This document shows positions 52,675 through 62,868 of a stretch of DNA of 64,000 nt, in pieces. Position numbers and translations under genes: made by a program. Within the stretch, counting starts at the first letter, position 1. Every line of letters starts with the position of its first letter. This DNA comes from Thermoanaerobaculia bacterium. GTDB taxonomy: Bacteria > Acidobacteriota > Thermoanaerobaculia > Multivoradales > Multivoraceae. The DNA lies in the NCBI GenBank assembly GCA_963664405.1, contig OY761158.1:2528001-2592000 (forward strand), written 5' to 3'. Under the pieces are notes generated by a model. The model saw nothing but the letters and a program-made list of their open reading frames with translations. It was not told where the DNA came from and ran no database searches.

Positions 52675-53736
52675 TTGGCGTCGCTAACGATCCAGAACGT
52701 CAGCAAGAACTACGGTTCCGTGGCGGCGCTACGAGACATCTCGATCGACATCGACGATGGTGAATTCCTGGCTCTGGTCGGGCCGTCCGGCTGCGGCAAG
52801 TCGACGCTGCTGCGCATCATCGCCGGACTGGAGCCAATGACCAGCGGCGCTGTCAGCATTGGTGGCGACGTCGTCAACGACTTACCCCCGAAAGCGCGAG
52901 ATGTCGCCATGGTGTTCCAGAACTATGCGCTGTACCCGCACATGACCGTGGCCGAGAACATGGCTTTCGCGCTCAAGTTGCGCCGCCTGCCGCGCGACCA
53001 GATCGAGAAGAAGGTTCGAACGACGTCGCAGCTATTGGATCTGGATGGCATGTTGAAGCGTTATCCGGCTCAGCTATCGGGCGGAGAGCGACAGCGAGTC
53101 GCCATGGGTCGCGCTATTGTTCGCGATCCCAGTGTCTTCTTGTTCGATGAGCCGCTATCCAATCTCGATGCCAAGCTCCGGGTGCAACTACGGGCGGAGA
53201 TCAAAGAGCTTCACCAGCGCCTCCGGACCACGACCGTCTACGTCACTCACGACCAAGTCGAAGCGATGACGATGGCGGATCGTATCGTGGTCATGCGCGA
53301 CGGCAACATCGAGCAGACAGGCGCGCCCATCGACCTCTATGACGATCCGCGCAATCTCTTCGTCGCCGGATTCATCGGCAGCCCGGCGATGAATATCGTT
53401 CCTGGTGAGATCGACGACGGCACCTTTGTCGCGCGTGGAGGATTCCGGATCGCGGCCTTCAGACCGGAGACGCCACGGGATCCGGGTCAAGTGGTGTGCT
53501 GCGTTCGTCCGCACAAAGTCACCCTCGGGGAGACAGGCACGCCGGCGAGCGTGGTCGTCGTCGAGCCGCTCGGTGGAGAAACCCAGGTCATCGTACGTCT
53601 AGGAGAAACATCGGTCGTGTGCCTGCTGCGGGACAGAACCACCTTGCGGCCGGGCGACGCCGTACGTCTGATGATCGATGCCGCCGACCTTTACTTTTTC
53701 GACCGCGATTCCGGTCAGCGAATCGACTGTAATTGA
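52675..53736 (+). CDS. Sugar ABC transporter ATP-binding protein (MalK/UgpC-like)
   Basis: GPSGCGKST, LSGGERQR, FDEPLSNLD and FIGSPAMN. Confidence 0.93.
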   Translation: MASLTIQNVSKNYGSVAALRDISIDIDDGEFLALVGPSGCGKSTLLRIIAGLEPMTSGAVSIGGDVVNDLPPKARDVAMVFQNYALYPHMTVAENMAFALKLRRLPRDQIEKKVRTTSQLLDLDGMLKRYPAQLSGGERQRVAMGRAIVRDPSVFLFDEPLSNLDAKLRVQLRAEIKELHQRLRTTTVYVTHDQVEAMTMADRIVVMRDGNIEQTGAPIDLYDDPRNLFVAGFIGSPAMNIVPGEIDDGTFVARGGFRIAAFRPETPRDPGQVVCCVRPHKVTLGETGTPASVVVVEPLGGETQVIVRLGETSVVCLLRDRTTLRPGDAVRLMIDAADLYFFDRDSGQRIDCN

Positions 53737-53758
53737 CGGTTTTGGACGAGGAGTAGCA

Positions 53759-54871
53759 ATGAGTCATCCATACAACGGATTAGGGAGCAATCTCGGCAAT
53801 CTCTGGCGCTTGTCGAACGCCGAGTCGCGATCGATATCACCCGAGAATTTCACCGGTGAGAAGGGGCGCGGCGGAATGGCGACCGAGGGGACCGGCGCCG
53901 CATGCGCGCGCGATCTCGGTCAGGGGTGGAAGGTCTCCCCTTCGGTCCGCATCGGGCCCGGCGAGACCCTCGTTCTTGCCGACATCGACGGGCCCGGCTC
54001 CATTCAACAGGTGTGGATGACCACGGCGAGGCTTCGCTGGCGGGACATGATTCTCCGCATCTACTGGGACGGTCAGACCGAAGCGTCGGTCGAGAGTCCG
54101 ATCGGCGATTTCTTTTGTAGCGGCTGGAACAAGTTTGCGCAGGTTTCGTCGCTGGCTGTCTGTGTCAATCCTGGGAGAGCATTCAACTGCTATTGGGAGA
54201 TGCCCTTCCGCAAATCTGCGCGGATCGAGATCGAGAATCGCGATCCCGACAACGACGGCATCATCTACTATCAAATCAACTACACCTTGACCGAAGTACC
54301 CGACGACGCTGCCTATTTTCACGCCCAGTTTCGCCGCACCAACCCACTTCCATACAAGACGGACTACGTCATTCTCGATGGTGTAGACGGGCACGGGCAC
54401 TATGTGGGCACCTACATGGCGTGGGGTGTCAACAACGCCGGCTGGTGGGGTGAGGGCGAGATCAAATTCTTCCTCGACGGCGACGACGACTTTCCGACGA
54501 TCTGCGGCACCGGCACCGAGGATTACTTCTGCGGCGCCTACAACTTCGACCCGGGGGTGCAGGACAAAGAACAAGAACCCGGCTACCGAGAGTTCACGAC
54601 ACCGTATTCGGGTCTTCCACAGGTACTTAGGCCTGACGGGAACTACAGCTCTCAACAACGCTTCGGCATGTACCGATGGCACCTCAGCGACCCCATCCGA
54701 TTCGAGAAAGACCTGAGAGTCACCATCCAGGCGATCGGCTGGCGAAGTGATCCGCCCCGCCGCTACCTCCCGCTGCAAGACGACATCGCGTCCGTCGCCT
54801 TCTGGTACCAGACACTGCCCGCCGCCAAGTTCCCGGAGCTAGCGGACCGAGACTACCTGGAGATCATCTAG
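53759..54871 (+). CDS. Glycoside hydrolase family 172 (DUF2961)
   Basis: SISPENFTGEKG, WWGEGEIKF, GTGTEDYF and DDIASVAFWYQ. Confidence 0.9.
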   Translation: MSHPYNGLGSNLGNLWRLSNAESRSISPENFTGEKGRGGMATEGTGAACARDLGQGWKVSPSVRIGPGETLVLADIDGPGSIQQVWMTTARLRWRDMILRIYWDGQTEASVESPIGDFFCSGWNKFAQVSSLAVCVNPGRAFNCYWEMPFRKSARIEIENRDPDNDGIIYYQINYTLTEVPDDAAYFHAQFRRTNPLPYKTDYVILDGVDGHGHYVGTYMAWGVNNAGWWGEGEIKFFLDGDDDFPTICGTGTEDYFCGAYNFDPGVQDKEQEPGYREFTTPYSGLPQVLRPDGNYSSQQRFGMYRWHLSDPIRFEKDLRVTIQAIGWRSDPPRRYLPLQDDIASVAFWYQTLPAAKFPELADRDYLEII

Positions 54872-54911
54872 ACGCTCATTGGAGCTCGTGCCCGGCGCGG
54901 CTTTCGCCGAG

Positions 54912-56666
54912 TCAGCCGGTGCCTAGAAAGTCCTCGATCGCCGACACGTAGGTTTCCATGCCTGGGTCCCTCATGAAGAGCCAGTGGTTGTCGCCCTCCA
55001 TGGGAAGGAAGCGGGAGCCCTGGATGTTCTGGGCAAGGTGTACTCCGGCGCTGAACGGTACAACCAGGTCGCCCCTACGGTGGATCACCAGGGTCGGCAC
55101 CCGAATTGGGGCCAACTGCTCGCGAACATCGAGCTCCATTACGGTCTTTTGATAGACGGCCGCCGTTTCCGGCGAGGCGGAGGCACGCTGCATCTCTTCG
55201 AAGTACCGGATCTGATCGTCGTCGGCGTTGGCGCCAAGGAACATTTGGGTGAAGAGCCGACGGTAGATCGGAGTATCTGCGCCCCAGCCAGTGCGCATGA
55301 GCTCGATCAGACTGTCCCACCGGTCACGGTCTGCCTTCCTCGACGACCGACCCGCGGCGAAGGTGCCGTACAGAATGAGATGACTGACACGATCGGGGTG
55401 TCGATTGGCGAAAGCGATCGCGGTGACGCCACCCTCCGACATGCCCATCAGCGCCACGCGCTCGAGCCCGGCGGCGTCGATCACCGCCTCGAGGTCGAGG
55501 AGTCGCGTCTCGAGGTCGAATTCATCGATACCACGCTGAGAGAGTCCGATGCCGCGTCCGTCGTAGCGGACTAAGAGATGATTGCGTGCGAGTCGCTGCT
55601 GGAAGTGGCGCCCGGCCTCCCACTGCCACTCCATCTCGAGGTGGGTGAACCAGCCGAGGCAGCGAACCAGTGGCGGGCCTTGGCCCAACGTGGCGTAGGC
55701 GATGCTGACGCCATCTGAAGTTTTGCAGTAGCGCAGCTCAGGTACCGCGGTCACCTCGTCCCTTTCGGCCGCCACGGTGGAGAGCGCCGGCGCGTGCGCG
55801 GAAACAGCCCGAAGCTCATCGCGCAGCCCCTCGAGGTCGCAGAGGAGGTCGACCGCAGACTGATAACGCCGACTGAGCTCCTTTTCGAGACAGCGCTGGA
55901 CGATGCGGCTCAGCTGGTGCGGTAGATCGGGGCGCCCGGCGATGAGGGACGGCGCCTCATCGCGCAGGATCGCTGCCACTTGGTCAGCCGACGAAGCACC
56001 AGCGAAGGGCAGCTTGCCGGTGGCCATCTCGTAGATGACGACTCCGAGTGAGAAGAGGTCGGAGCGATGGTCCACCTCGCGGCCCTGGACCTGCTCCGGA
56101 GACATGTAGGGGATGGTTCCGAGCACGACGCCGGCCCGTGTCAGCGCCTGGGTCGCATCCTCGTCGCCGATCGCGGGAGAGTCATCGCGCCGCCGCAGCT
56201 TGGCCAGCCCGAAGTCGAGGATCTTTCCTCGGCCGTCTTCGTTGACCATGATGTTCGCGGGCTTCAGGTCACGGTGGATGACGCCTCTGCGGTGGGCCGC
56301 GACGAGCGCGTCGGCTAACGACGTGGCAAGCCCGAGAAGCTCTTCCACGGCCATCCCACTATCCGGAATCACCTCGGCGAGGGTTTGTCCCTCGACGAGC
56401 TCCATGACGAGGAAGCGCTGCAGGCCGAAGTCTTCGATCGCGTAGATGGTGACGATGTGGGGGTGGTTGAGCGCCGCAACCGCCTTCGCCTCGCGCTCAA
56501 AGCGCTCCAAAATGTCAGGCGTGGTATCGAATTCTGGCAGGATCTTGATCGCAACGTCGCGGCCCAGCTGTGAATCGCGAGCCCGATAGACCTCGCCCAT
56601 GCCTCCCGCACCTATCTGCGAAAGGATCTCATAGCCACCCAAGACTGTGCCGGGCTTCAAAGTCAT
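54912..56666 (-). CDS. Ser/Thr protein kinase fused to an alpha/beta hydrolase domain
   Basis: IGAGGMGEV, HRDLKPAN, DFGLAK and YMSPE; C-terminal YDGRGIG, GMSEGG and DNH. Confidence 0.92.
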   Translation of the reverse strand: MTLKPGTVLGGYEILSQIGAGGMGEVYRARDSQLGRDVAIKILPEFDTTPDILERFEREAKAVAALNHPHIVTIYAIEDFGLQRFLVMELVEGQTLAEVIPDSGMAVEELLGLATSLADALVAAHRRGVIHRDLKPANIMVNEDGRGKILDFGLAKLRRRDDSPAIGDEDATQALTRAGVVLGTIPYMSPEQVQGREVDHRSDLFSLGVVIYEMATGKLPFAGASSADQVAAILRDEAPSLIAGRPDLPHQLSRIVQRCLEKELSRRYQSAVDLLCDLEGLRDELRAVSAHAPALSTVAAERDEVTAVPELRYCKTSDGVSIAYATLGQGPPLVRCLGWFTHLEMEWQWEAGRHFQQRLARNHLLVRYDGRGIGLSQRGIDEFDLETRLLDLEAVIDAAGLERVALMGMSEGGVTAIAFANRHPDRVSHLILYGTFAAGRSSRKADRDRWDSLIELMRTGWGADTPIYRRLFTQMFLGANADDDQIRYFEEMQRASASPETAAVYQKTVMELDVREQLAPIRVPTLVIHRRGDLVVPFSAGVHLAQNIQGSRFLPMEGDNHWLFMRDPGMETYVSAIEDFLGTG

Positions 56667-56762
56667 AGTTGGGACGACGATCCTACCTGTTTAGTCCACG
56701 CTGACCAGGCGGGCCCCCATCGACGCCGGGACGCCAGGAAGTGACACCCATAACTCGCTCTA

Positions 56763-56862
56763 TGGACCTGCCCGGGTCTGATGGACACCTGGTTTAGCCA
56801 CCCATGGTGGCAGAAAAGTAGAGGAGGGACCAGCGTAGTGAGCCGGCGATAGCCGGCGAGGG
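56763..56862 (+). mobile_element. Possible IS3-family terminal remnant next to IS6
   Basis: TGGACCTGCCCGGGTCTGATGGACACC resembles IS3-type ends; no ORF follows. Confidence 0.35.
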
Positions 56863-57668
56863 GGCATTGTCAAGTTGAGGCGGTCGCAGTCAGACTGGAC
56901 CGATGAAGAGCGACAAACCCAGCTACTGCGGATACCGGTTCCCGCCCGAGATCATCAGCCATGCCGTCTGGCTATACCACAGGTTTTGCCTAAGCTTTCG
57001 CGACGTCGAGGATCTCCTGGCAGAGCGCGGGGTGACCGTCTCCTACGAGAAGATCCGCCAGTGGTGCCGGAAGTTCGGCTCCGAGTACGCCCGAAAGCTG
57101 AAGCGGCGAGAAGGGCGACTGGGTGACACTCGGTTCCTGGACGAGCTCTTCATCACGATCCAGGGCAAGAGGCATTATCTCTGGCGTGCCGTGGACCAGG
57201 ACGGAGACGTGATTGACATCCTCGTTCAGCCGCGCCGCGATCGTCGTGCAGCAGAACGCTTCTTCCGGAAGCTATTGAAGGGTCAAGGAACCGAGCCACT
57301 GCGGCTAGTGACCGACAAGCTGAGGGAGCTATGGTTCAGCGCACCGGGCCATCATGCCCTCGGTCAGGCACGACACGAAGCGATACGCGAACAATCGAGC
57401 GGAGGTCTCCCACCAGCCGACTCGGCAGCGGGAGCGTCAGATGCGAAGGTACAAATCGCCAGGCCAGGCCCAGCGCTTCCTGTCCGTTCACGGAGTCATC
57501 CAGAACCTGTTCCGGGTTGGGCGGCACTTCGTCAGCTCAGCCAACCACCGGACGCTGCGAGATCGTTCCTTCGGCGTCTGGCGTCGGGTGACGTGTGCCT
57601 GCTGAATCCGAGCTGGCACCTTCGACAGCGCCACATCTCACTTCGAACGAAGACAACTTGACAGTACC
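56863..57668 (+). mobile_element. IS6-family insertion sequence (806 bp)
   Basis: TIRs GGCATTGTCAAGTTG / CAACTTGACAGTACC (13/15); no target duplication seen. Confidence 0.88.
56903..57605 (+). pseudogene. IS6-family transposase, frameshifted near 57325
   Basis: YRFPPEII, LDELF, YLWRAVD, VTDKL and NNRAEVSH; an extra G in CTGAGGGAGC breaks DKLRSY. Confidence 0.85.
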
Positions 57669-57797
57669 GACACGCGGGTTACGAACAAACCTCGGCACGG
57701 TAACCAGCAAACTGTCGGTCGGCCAGATGGCTATGCCCGATGGGTACTACCATCGGTATGTCACATTACAGGCCGGGGAACGCCAGGAGGGATTACG

Positions 57798-59577
57798 GTG
57801 ATGAGTGGCGGCGCGGGTACGCCTTCGGGGGCGAGGACCGAGGACGAGGTGTTGGCGGCTTTGCAGGCCTACGACAGGGCTTCGAAGGCCGGGGATGTGG
57901 ACGGGCTGGTGGCCTTCTTTTCGGAAGAGTGGCAGAGCAGTTCCGGCACGACCAAGGCCGACTTGAGGGAGCACTATCAGGATCAGATCGACGGAGGCGG
58001 CTATGAGGCCAAGGGCTTTGCTCTCGATGCTGCCGAGGTGCTTGTCGACGGAGAGAGGGCCACGGTCGACCCCGTGGCGCTTCGTTCGTCGACCGGGGGC
58101 GGCTTCTTCGAGCTCATGATGAAGAGGGAGCCGGATGGCGTCTGGCGATGTGTATCCATCAGCGGATCAAAACGGAGCGATGTGCCCGCGGAGAACGCCC
58201 GCAGCCTCAGGGAGCGCATTCTGAGTGACCCGGCGCGGCCGGGCTACCACTTCGTGATCCCTGAAGGCGTCGCGATGCCTTTCGATCCGAATGGCGCCAT
58301 TTACTGGAAAGGCCGGTATCACCTGTTCTACATCTTCCAGGACACCCGGTTGGACAAGAGGTCCGACCACTGGGGCCACATGTCGAGCACCGATTTGTTT
58401 CATTGGCACCAACATCCCACCGGCCTTCTCGAGGGCATGTATAGCGGAAACTGCTTCATCAACAAGGACGGTGCTCCGACGATCTGCTACCACCAGTTCG
58501 GCCAGGGAAACGCCATGGCTGTGGCCCTCGACGATGACTTGAACGAGTGGAAGAAGCTCGACTCGAACCCGATCACGCCCAAGACCGGGAGGGGCGACGA
58601 GCACCACGGAAAGTACCGTTCATGGGATCCATTCGGGTGGCTGGAAGGCGATACCTACTACGCCATCTTCGGCGGCCAGCGTCCGGGCGTGGCCAAGTCC
58701 CCAACCCTCGGCGGCGAATGGAAGTATGTGGGAGACCTGTTTGCCCACGGTGTCGAGGGCGTATCGCTCGACGAGGACGTATCTTGCGCCGACCTCTTCA
58801 AGCTGGGCGACAAGGATGTGCTGCTGTGCATCAGCCACCGTCTTGGCTGCCGCTACTACGTGGGTGAATGGAGAGATGAGCACTTCTATCCCGAGTCTCA
58901 TGCCCAGATGAGCTGGGTCGACAACTCGTTCTTTGCGCCGGAGAGCCTGGTGGACGACAAGGGCCGCCGAATCATGTGGGCCTGGATACTCGACGAGCCT
59001 CAGTTCGGCGCGCGTTGGGAGTACGGCTGGTCAGGCACCCTGAGTCTGCCACGGGTGTTGTCGCTCGGAGACGACGGGCGCCTCCGCATCGACGTGCCCG
59101 AGGAAATCGAAACGCTACGCTATGGCGCTGTTCGGAAGGAGCCGTTCACGACTCCATCCGACACCGACCTGGCCGTCGATGGCGTCGCCGGCAACAGCCT
59201 CGAGCTGCTCGTCGAAATGGAGAGCGCCGGGGCCTCACAGTATGGGGTCAAAGTGTGCGCGTCGCCGGACGGAGAGGAGGAGACGTCGATCTTCTATAAC
59301 GCCGAAGAGAAGCTGCTGAAAGTCGATACGCGCAGCTCGGGCCCCGAAGACACGCCCAAGTCCGTCGAGGCGGCTCCCTTCGAGCTGCAAGACGGCGAGC
59401 GGTTGAAGTTGAGGGTGTTCGTCGACAAATCCGTGGTCGAAGTCTTCGCCAATGGCCGCCAGGCCATCGCCCGGCGTATCTATCCTTCGCGACCCGAGAG
59501 CGTCTTCTCAACCGTACGGCGACACCAGAGTGCAAGTCCTCGATGCCTGGACGATCGGCGCCTCGAACCCCTACTGA
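57798..59577 (+). CDS. NTF2/SnoaL-like domain plus glycoside hydrolase family 32; C-terminal frameshift near 59500
   Basis: FDPNG, YHLFY, WGH, YSG, WDP and VFVDKSVVEVFAN; natural C-terminus VQVLDAWTIGASNPY* lies in another frame. Confidence 0.85.
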
Positions 59578-59620
59578 CAACCAAAGTCATCTTTAGATCG
59601 ATTGAGCTTGCCGGACGTGG

Positions 59621-59926
59621 TCATGGTGTGGTTGTGAGCACCTCGACCTGCTGCTCGAAATCTGGTCCGAGACGATCGCGCTCGACCTCGAGGTCGTATC
59701 GCGACTGCAGGTTGAGCCAGAGGCTCTCGGAGGTCCCGAAGAACCGGGCCAGTCGCAGCGCTGTGTCCGCCGTGATCCGACGTTTGCCGTGTACGATCTC
59801 GTTGATGCGGCGCGGCGGCACGCTCAGGCCCTTGGCGAGCCGATACTGGCTCAGCCCCAGCGGCTCGAGGAACTCCTCGAGGAGGATCTCACCGGGATGT
59901 ATGGGCTCCAGGATCTTCTTGGTCAT
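59621..59926 (-). CDS. higA: HigA antitoxin (HTH)
   Basis: PIHPGEILLEEFL, RRINEIVHGKRRIT and WLNLQSRYDL. Confidence 0.93.
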   Translation of the reverse strand: MTKKILEPIHPGEILLEEFLEPLGLSQYRLAKGLSVPPRRINEIVHGKRRITADTALRLARFFGTSESLWLNLQSRYDLEVERDRLGPDFEQQVEVLTTTP

Positions 59927-59935
59927 GTCGGGCTC

Positions 59936-60217
59936 TCAGTGGTAGTCGACGATTTCGACATCGCTCGCACCTCCGTCGAGCCAAGTGAAACAGATTCGAT
60001 ACTGCTGATTGATGCGAATGCTGTGTTGGCCCTGTCGGTCACCTTTGAGCTTCTCGAGTCGGTTCCCAGGCGGCACTCGTAGGTCGTCAAGCGAGCTCGC
60101 CGCATCGAGTAAAAGCAGCTTGCGGAGCGAGGCCTTCCGGAGGTTGGCTGGTACCGCGCGGTTCCGCTCCCGTTTGAAGAGCTTCTCCGTCTCGCGATCC
60201 CGGAAGCTCCGTATCAC
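59936..60217 (-). CDS. higB: HigB toxin (RelE-like killer protein)
   Basis: IRSF, PPGNRLEKLKGDR.GQHSIRIN.QYRICF and IVDYH; toxin-first order. Confidence 0.93.
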   Translation of the reverse strand: MIRSFRDRETEKLFKRERNRAVPANLRKASLRKLLLLDAASSLDDLRVPPGNRLEKLKGDRQGQHSIRINQQYRICFTWLDGGASDVEIVDYH

Positions 60218-60226
60218 CGCGGAATG

Positions 60227-60258
60227 ATAACGCGAGACGTTATTAACGTCAAACGTTA
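60227..60258. promoter_or_regulatory. Tandem palindromic operators upstream of higBA
   Basis: ATAACG-N5-CGTTAT followed by TAACG-N5-CGTTA. Confidence 0.7.
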
Positions 60259-60475
60259 GCGATCTCGCATGGAACCACTCGTGTTCAATGAGCCGCCGTG
60301 GGCGTACTGGGAGTCTCGGGCAGTGCGAACGCCAATAGCTCCGCCTTCTCCGAACTCTGCCTTCCCTTCGCGTCGCCGCCCGCGATCACGATGTACTGGC
60401 GACCCTAGTGGTCCGGTTTCCTATGCATTCGCGCTACGATGGCGCCCCTTCAATTCATCTCCCAAGGACCAGACC

Positions 60476-61894
60476 ATGACAGACAATCCACTCGCTGACC
60501 TCGAGCTGAGCCTCCGCGGAGAGTTGATCACCCGCGACGACCAAGAAGCGTTCACCGCCGCGCGCTTCCGCGGATGGAACCGCGACCTAAACACGCGCTC
60601 GAATCCGCTGGGCTTCGTCATCGCTTCGGGTGTGCGGGACATCGCGACGACGGTGACCTACTGTCGGTCGAACAACATTCCGATCACCGTGCGAGGAAAG
60701 GGCTCCCATTCGCCGTACGGAATGGCGAACGACGCCGTCGTGATCGACCTCTCCAAGATGACCGCGGTCCGGGTCGACCGTGAGAGGAAGCTGGTTGCTA
60801 TCCAAGCGGGTGCCGATGGAGGCGACGTCGATCACGAGACGGCCCTCCACAACCTCATTTGCCTCACCGGCACGGTCTCGCACACCGGATTTGCAGGTGT
60901 CGCACTTGGAGGTGGCATCGGCCATCTGAGCCGTTGGCTGGGTGCCGTCGTCGACAGCATCGTCAGCTACGAGATGGTCACGGCAACCGGAGACGTCGTT
61001 CGCGTGGACGAAGCCAAGGACCCGGAGCTCTTCTGGGGCATGCGCGGGAACGGGGCCAGCTTTGGAATCGTCACCGAGTTCGTCCTCGAGCTCCGAGACA
61101 TGCCCAACAACGGGATTATCCGAAGCGCCCCGATCCTGTGGGGCGCGGACAAGGCAAAGGAAGTGATGACGTCCTGGATAGGTCGCGTCACCCGTCCCGA
61201 GCGCAAGGAGACCGAAACCCTTCAGTTTGCGTTCATGCACTCGCCGGATGGTCACCCAGTCTGCGGTGTGATCCCCCTGATCGTCGGTGAAACGGAGCCC
61301 GCGGCCACGGCCACATGTGACGAGCTGGCGGCGTACGCGGGCGGGGCATTGGTCCGGCAGGACACCCAGCTGCCGTACACGGCCCTCCAGGCGGCTCTGG
61401 ACGACAACTTCCCTTACAACACGAACAACTGGGACAAGGGAGTGTTCATCAACTGGGACCCCAGCGACACGAACGCGGCGAACAGCATCGTCGACATCGC
61501 CGTGAAGCATTGGAGCGAGAAGCCGGACTTCGCCTCGAAGCTATCCACGTTCATGCTCTTCTTGGAGGTCAACGGAGCGGTGGGTAGGGCAGATCCCGCT
61601 TCCACCTCGTTCGCCGCTCGTACCGGACGCCTCTGGTGCTCGGCCCTCATCGGTTGGCCGAACGAAGACGACTCACAACGCGCGGCTAGCAAGAAGTGGT
61701 GCGGCGATTTCGTCGAGAAACTGCGCCCATTTCATGTGACCACGTATCTGAACAACGCCATGCCCGAGAGCGATTCGGAAATGCTCGGCGTGTTCCCCCA
61801 GGACACCATGAAGCGCCTGCGGGCTCTCAAGGAAAAGCACGACCCCGGCACCCTGTTCAAGATGGGCGCCTGGCAGTATCAGGCCAACATGTAG
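60476..61894 (+). CDS. FAD-binding oxidoreductase (berberine bridge enzyme-like)
   Basis: VRGKGSHS, ALGGGIG, LFWGMRGNG.SFGIVT and RLRALKEKHDP. Confidence 0.88.
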   Translation: MTDNPLADLELSLRGELITRDDQEAFTAARFRGWNRDLNTRSNPLGFVIASGVRDIATTVTYCRSNNIPITVRGKGSHSPYGMANDAVVIDLSKMTAVRVDRERKLVAIQAGADGGDVDHETALHNLICLTGTVSHTGFAGVALGGGIGHLSRWLGAVVDSIVSYEMVTATGDVVRVDEAKDPELFWGMRGNGASFGIVTEFVLELRDMPNNGIIRSAPILWGADKAKEVMTSWIGRVTRPERKETETLQFAFMHSPDGHPVCGVIPLIVGETEPAATATCDELAAYAGGALVRQDTQLPYTALQAALDDNFPYNTNNWDKGVFINWDPSDTNAANSIVDIAVKHWSEKPDFASKLSTFMLFLEVNGAVGRADPASTSFAARTGRLWCSALIGWPNEDDSQRAASKKWCGDFVEKLRPFHVTTYLNNAMPESDSEMLGVFPQDTMKRLRALKEKHDPGTLFKMGAWQYQANM

Positions 61895-62105
61895 CTGGCA
61901 CTCGAGGCCGTCGGGCTCACGAGGTGGGATTCTGCTCGGTCGCCGGGCGGTCCGCGAGCGATGAAGCGTCGCTCCCCCCCCCGCCTTCGGCTGGCGAGGG
62001 TGCCAGCCCCCAGGCGGCAAAAATACTCGGCTGGCACCTCCGGCCGGCAGCACCTCCGGCAGCTGAAGGCTGCCTGGGCACCCGGCCCGTCAAAGTAAGA
62101 TCTAG

Positions 62106-62119
62106 AGTATGATCATACT
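62106..62119. promoter_or_regulatory. Perfect 14-bp palindrome, likely antitoxin operator
   Basis: AGTATGATCATACT abuts the antitoxin ATG. Confidence 0.6.
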
Positions 62120-62419
62120 ATGACGACGGCTCGCATCACTGTGACGCTTCCCCCGGAAGTCGTCGACGAGATCGATCGACGGGAAGGCAACCGCAGTCGC
62201 TTCGTGCTCCACGCCGTTGAAGCGGAGTTGGAGCGTCGGAAACGAGAAGAGCTCATGCTCTCCCTTGCCAACCCCCATCCCGAGGCGGAGGAGATCGCGG
62301 AGGAGGGCTTTGACGACTGGGGTGCGGGCCTTCCTTCGGAGGATCATGACGGGCTCGTCGACCCCAGTGGCGGATCGCCGGTCAGCTGGCAACCCGGTCG
62401 TGGCTGGCGGGAGGAGTGA
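62120..62419 (+). CDS. RHH antitoxin (MazE/CopG-like)
   Basis: RITVTLP..VVDEID....NRSRFV, directly before the PemK toxin. Confidence 0.8.
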   Translation: MTTARITVTLPPEVVDEIDRREGNRSRFVLHAVEAELERRKREELMLSLANPHPEAEEIAEEGFDDWGAGLPSEDHDGLVDPSGGSPVSWQPGRGWREE

Positions 62420-62800
62420 GTGCCTGCTGTTCTCGACCGCGGCACCGTGGTTCTCGTCGCCCTGGGCGCAGGCGCGGGCCACGAGCAGCGCGGGACACGC
62501 CCATGCATCGTCGTCAGCGATCCGGAGGTCACCCATGATCAGCGTTTTCCCATGGTCTGCGTCATCCCGCTGACCGCGACTCCTGGTGAGGGGGCCCTCT
62601 ACCCGCAATTCAGCCCCGGAGAGAGCGGACTCCGGAAGCGATCCTACGGGCTCATCGACCAGATTCGGTCGATCGACAAGCGGCGCGTGATTCGGGCCTA
62701 CGGAGCTCTGCCCACGTCCGAGCTCCAGGCTCTCGACGAAGGCCTGCGTCTCTTTCTGGGGATGGCCCTCGGTCACACTTCTTATCCCACGCGACAATAG
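62420..62800 (+). CDS. mazF: PemK/MazF family endoribonuclease toxin
   Basis: GHEQRGTRPCIVVS and DQIRSIDKRR. Confidence 0.9.
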   Translation: MPAVLDRGTVVLVALGAGAGHEQRGTRPCIVVSDPEVTHDQRFPMVCVIPLTATPGEGALYPQFSPGESGLRKRSYGLIDQIRSIDKRRVIRAYGALPTSELQALDEGLRLFLGMALGHTSYPTRQ

Positions 62801-62868
62801 CTAGACTAGGACAGGTCTGATATGACCAAAAAGATCCTGGGCCGGCGCAAACACCAAAAGTGCTAGTT

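Noticed and set aside
59577-59945. C-terminal extension of the GH32 ORF across higA
   Set aside because: Artefact of the frameshift near 59500; the natural GH32 end is at 59577.
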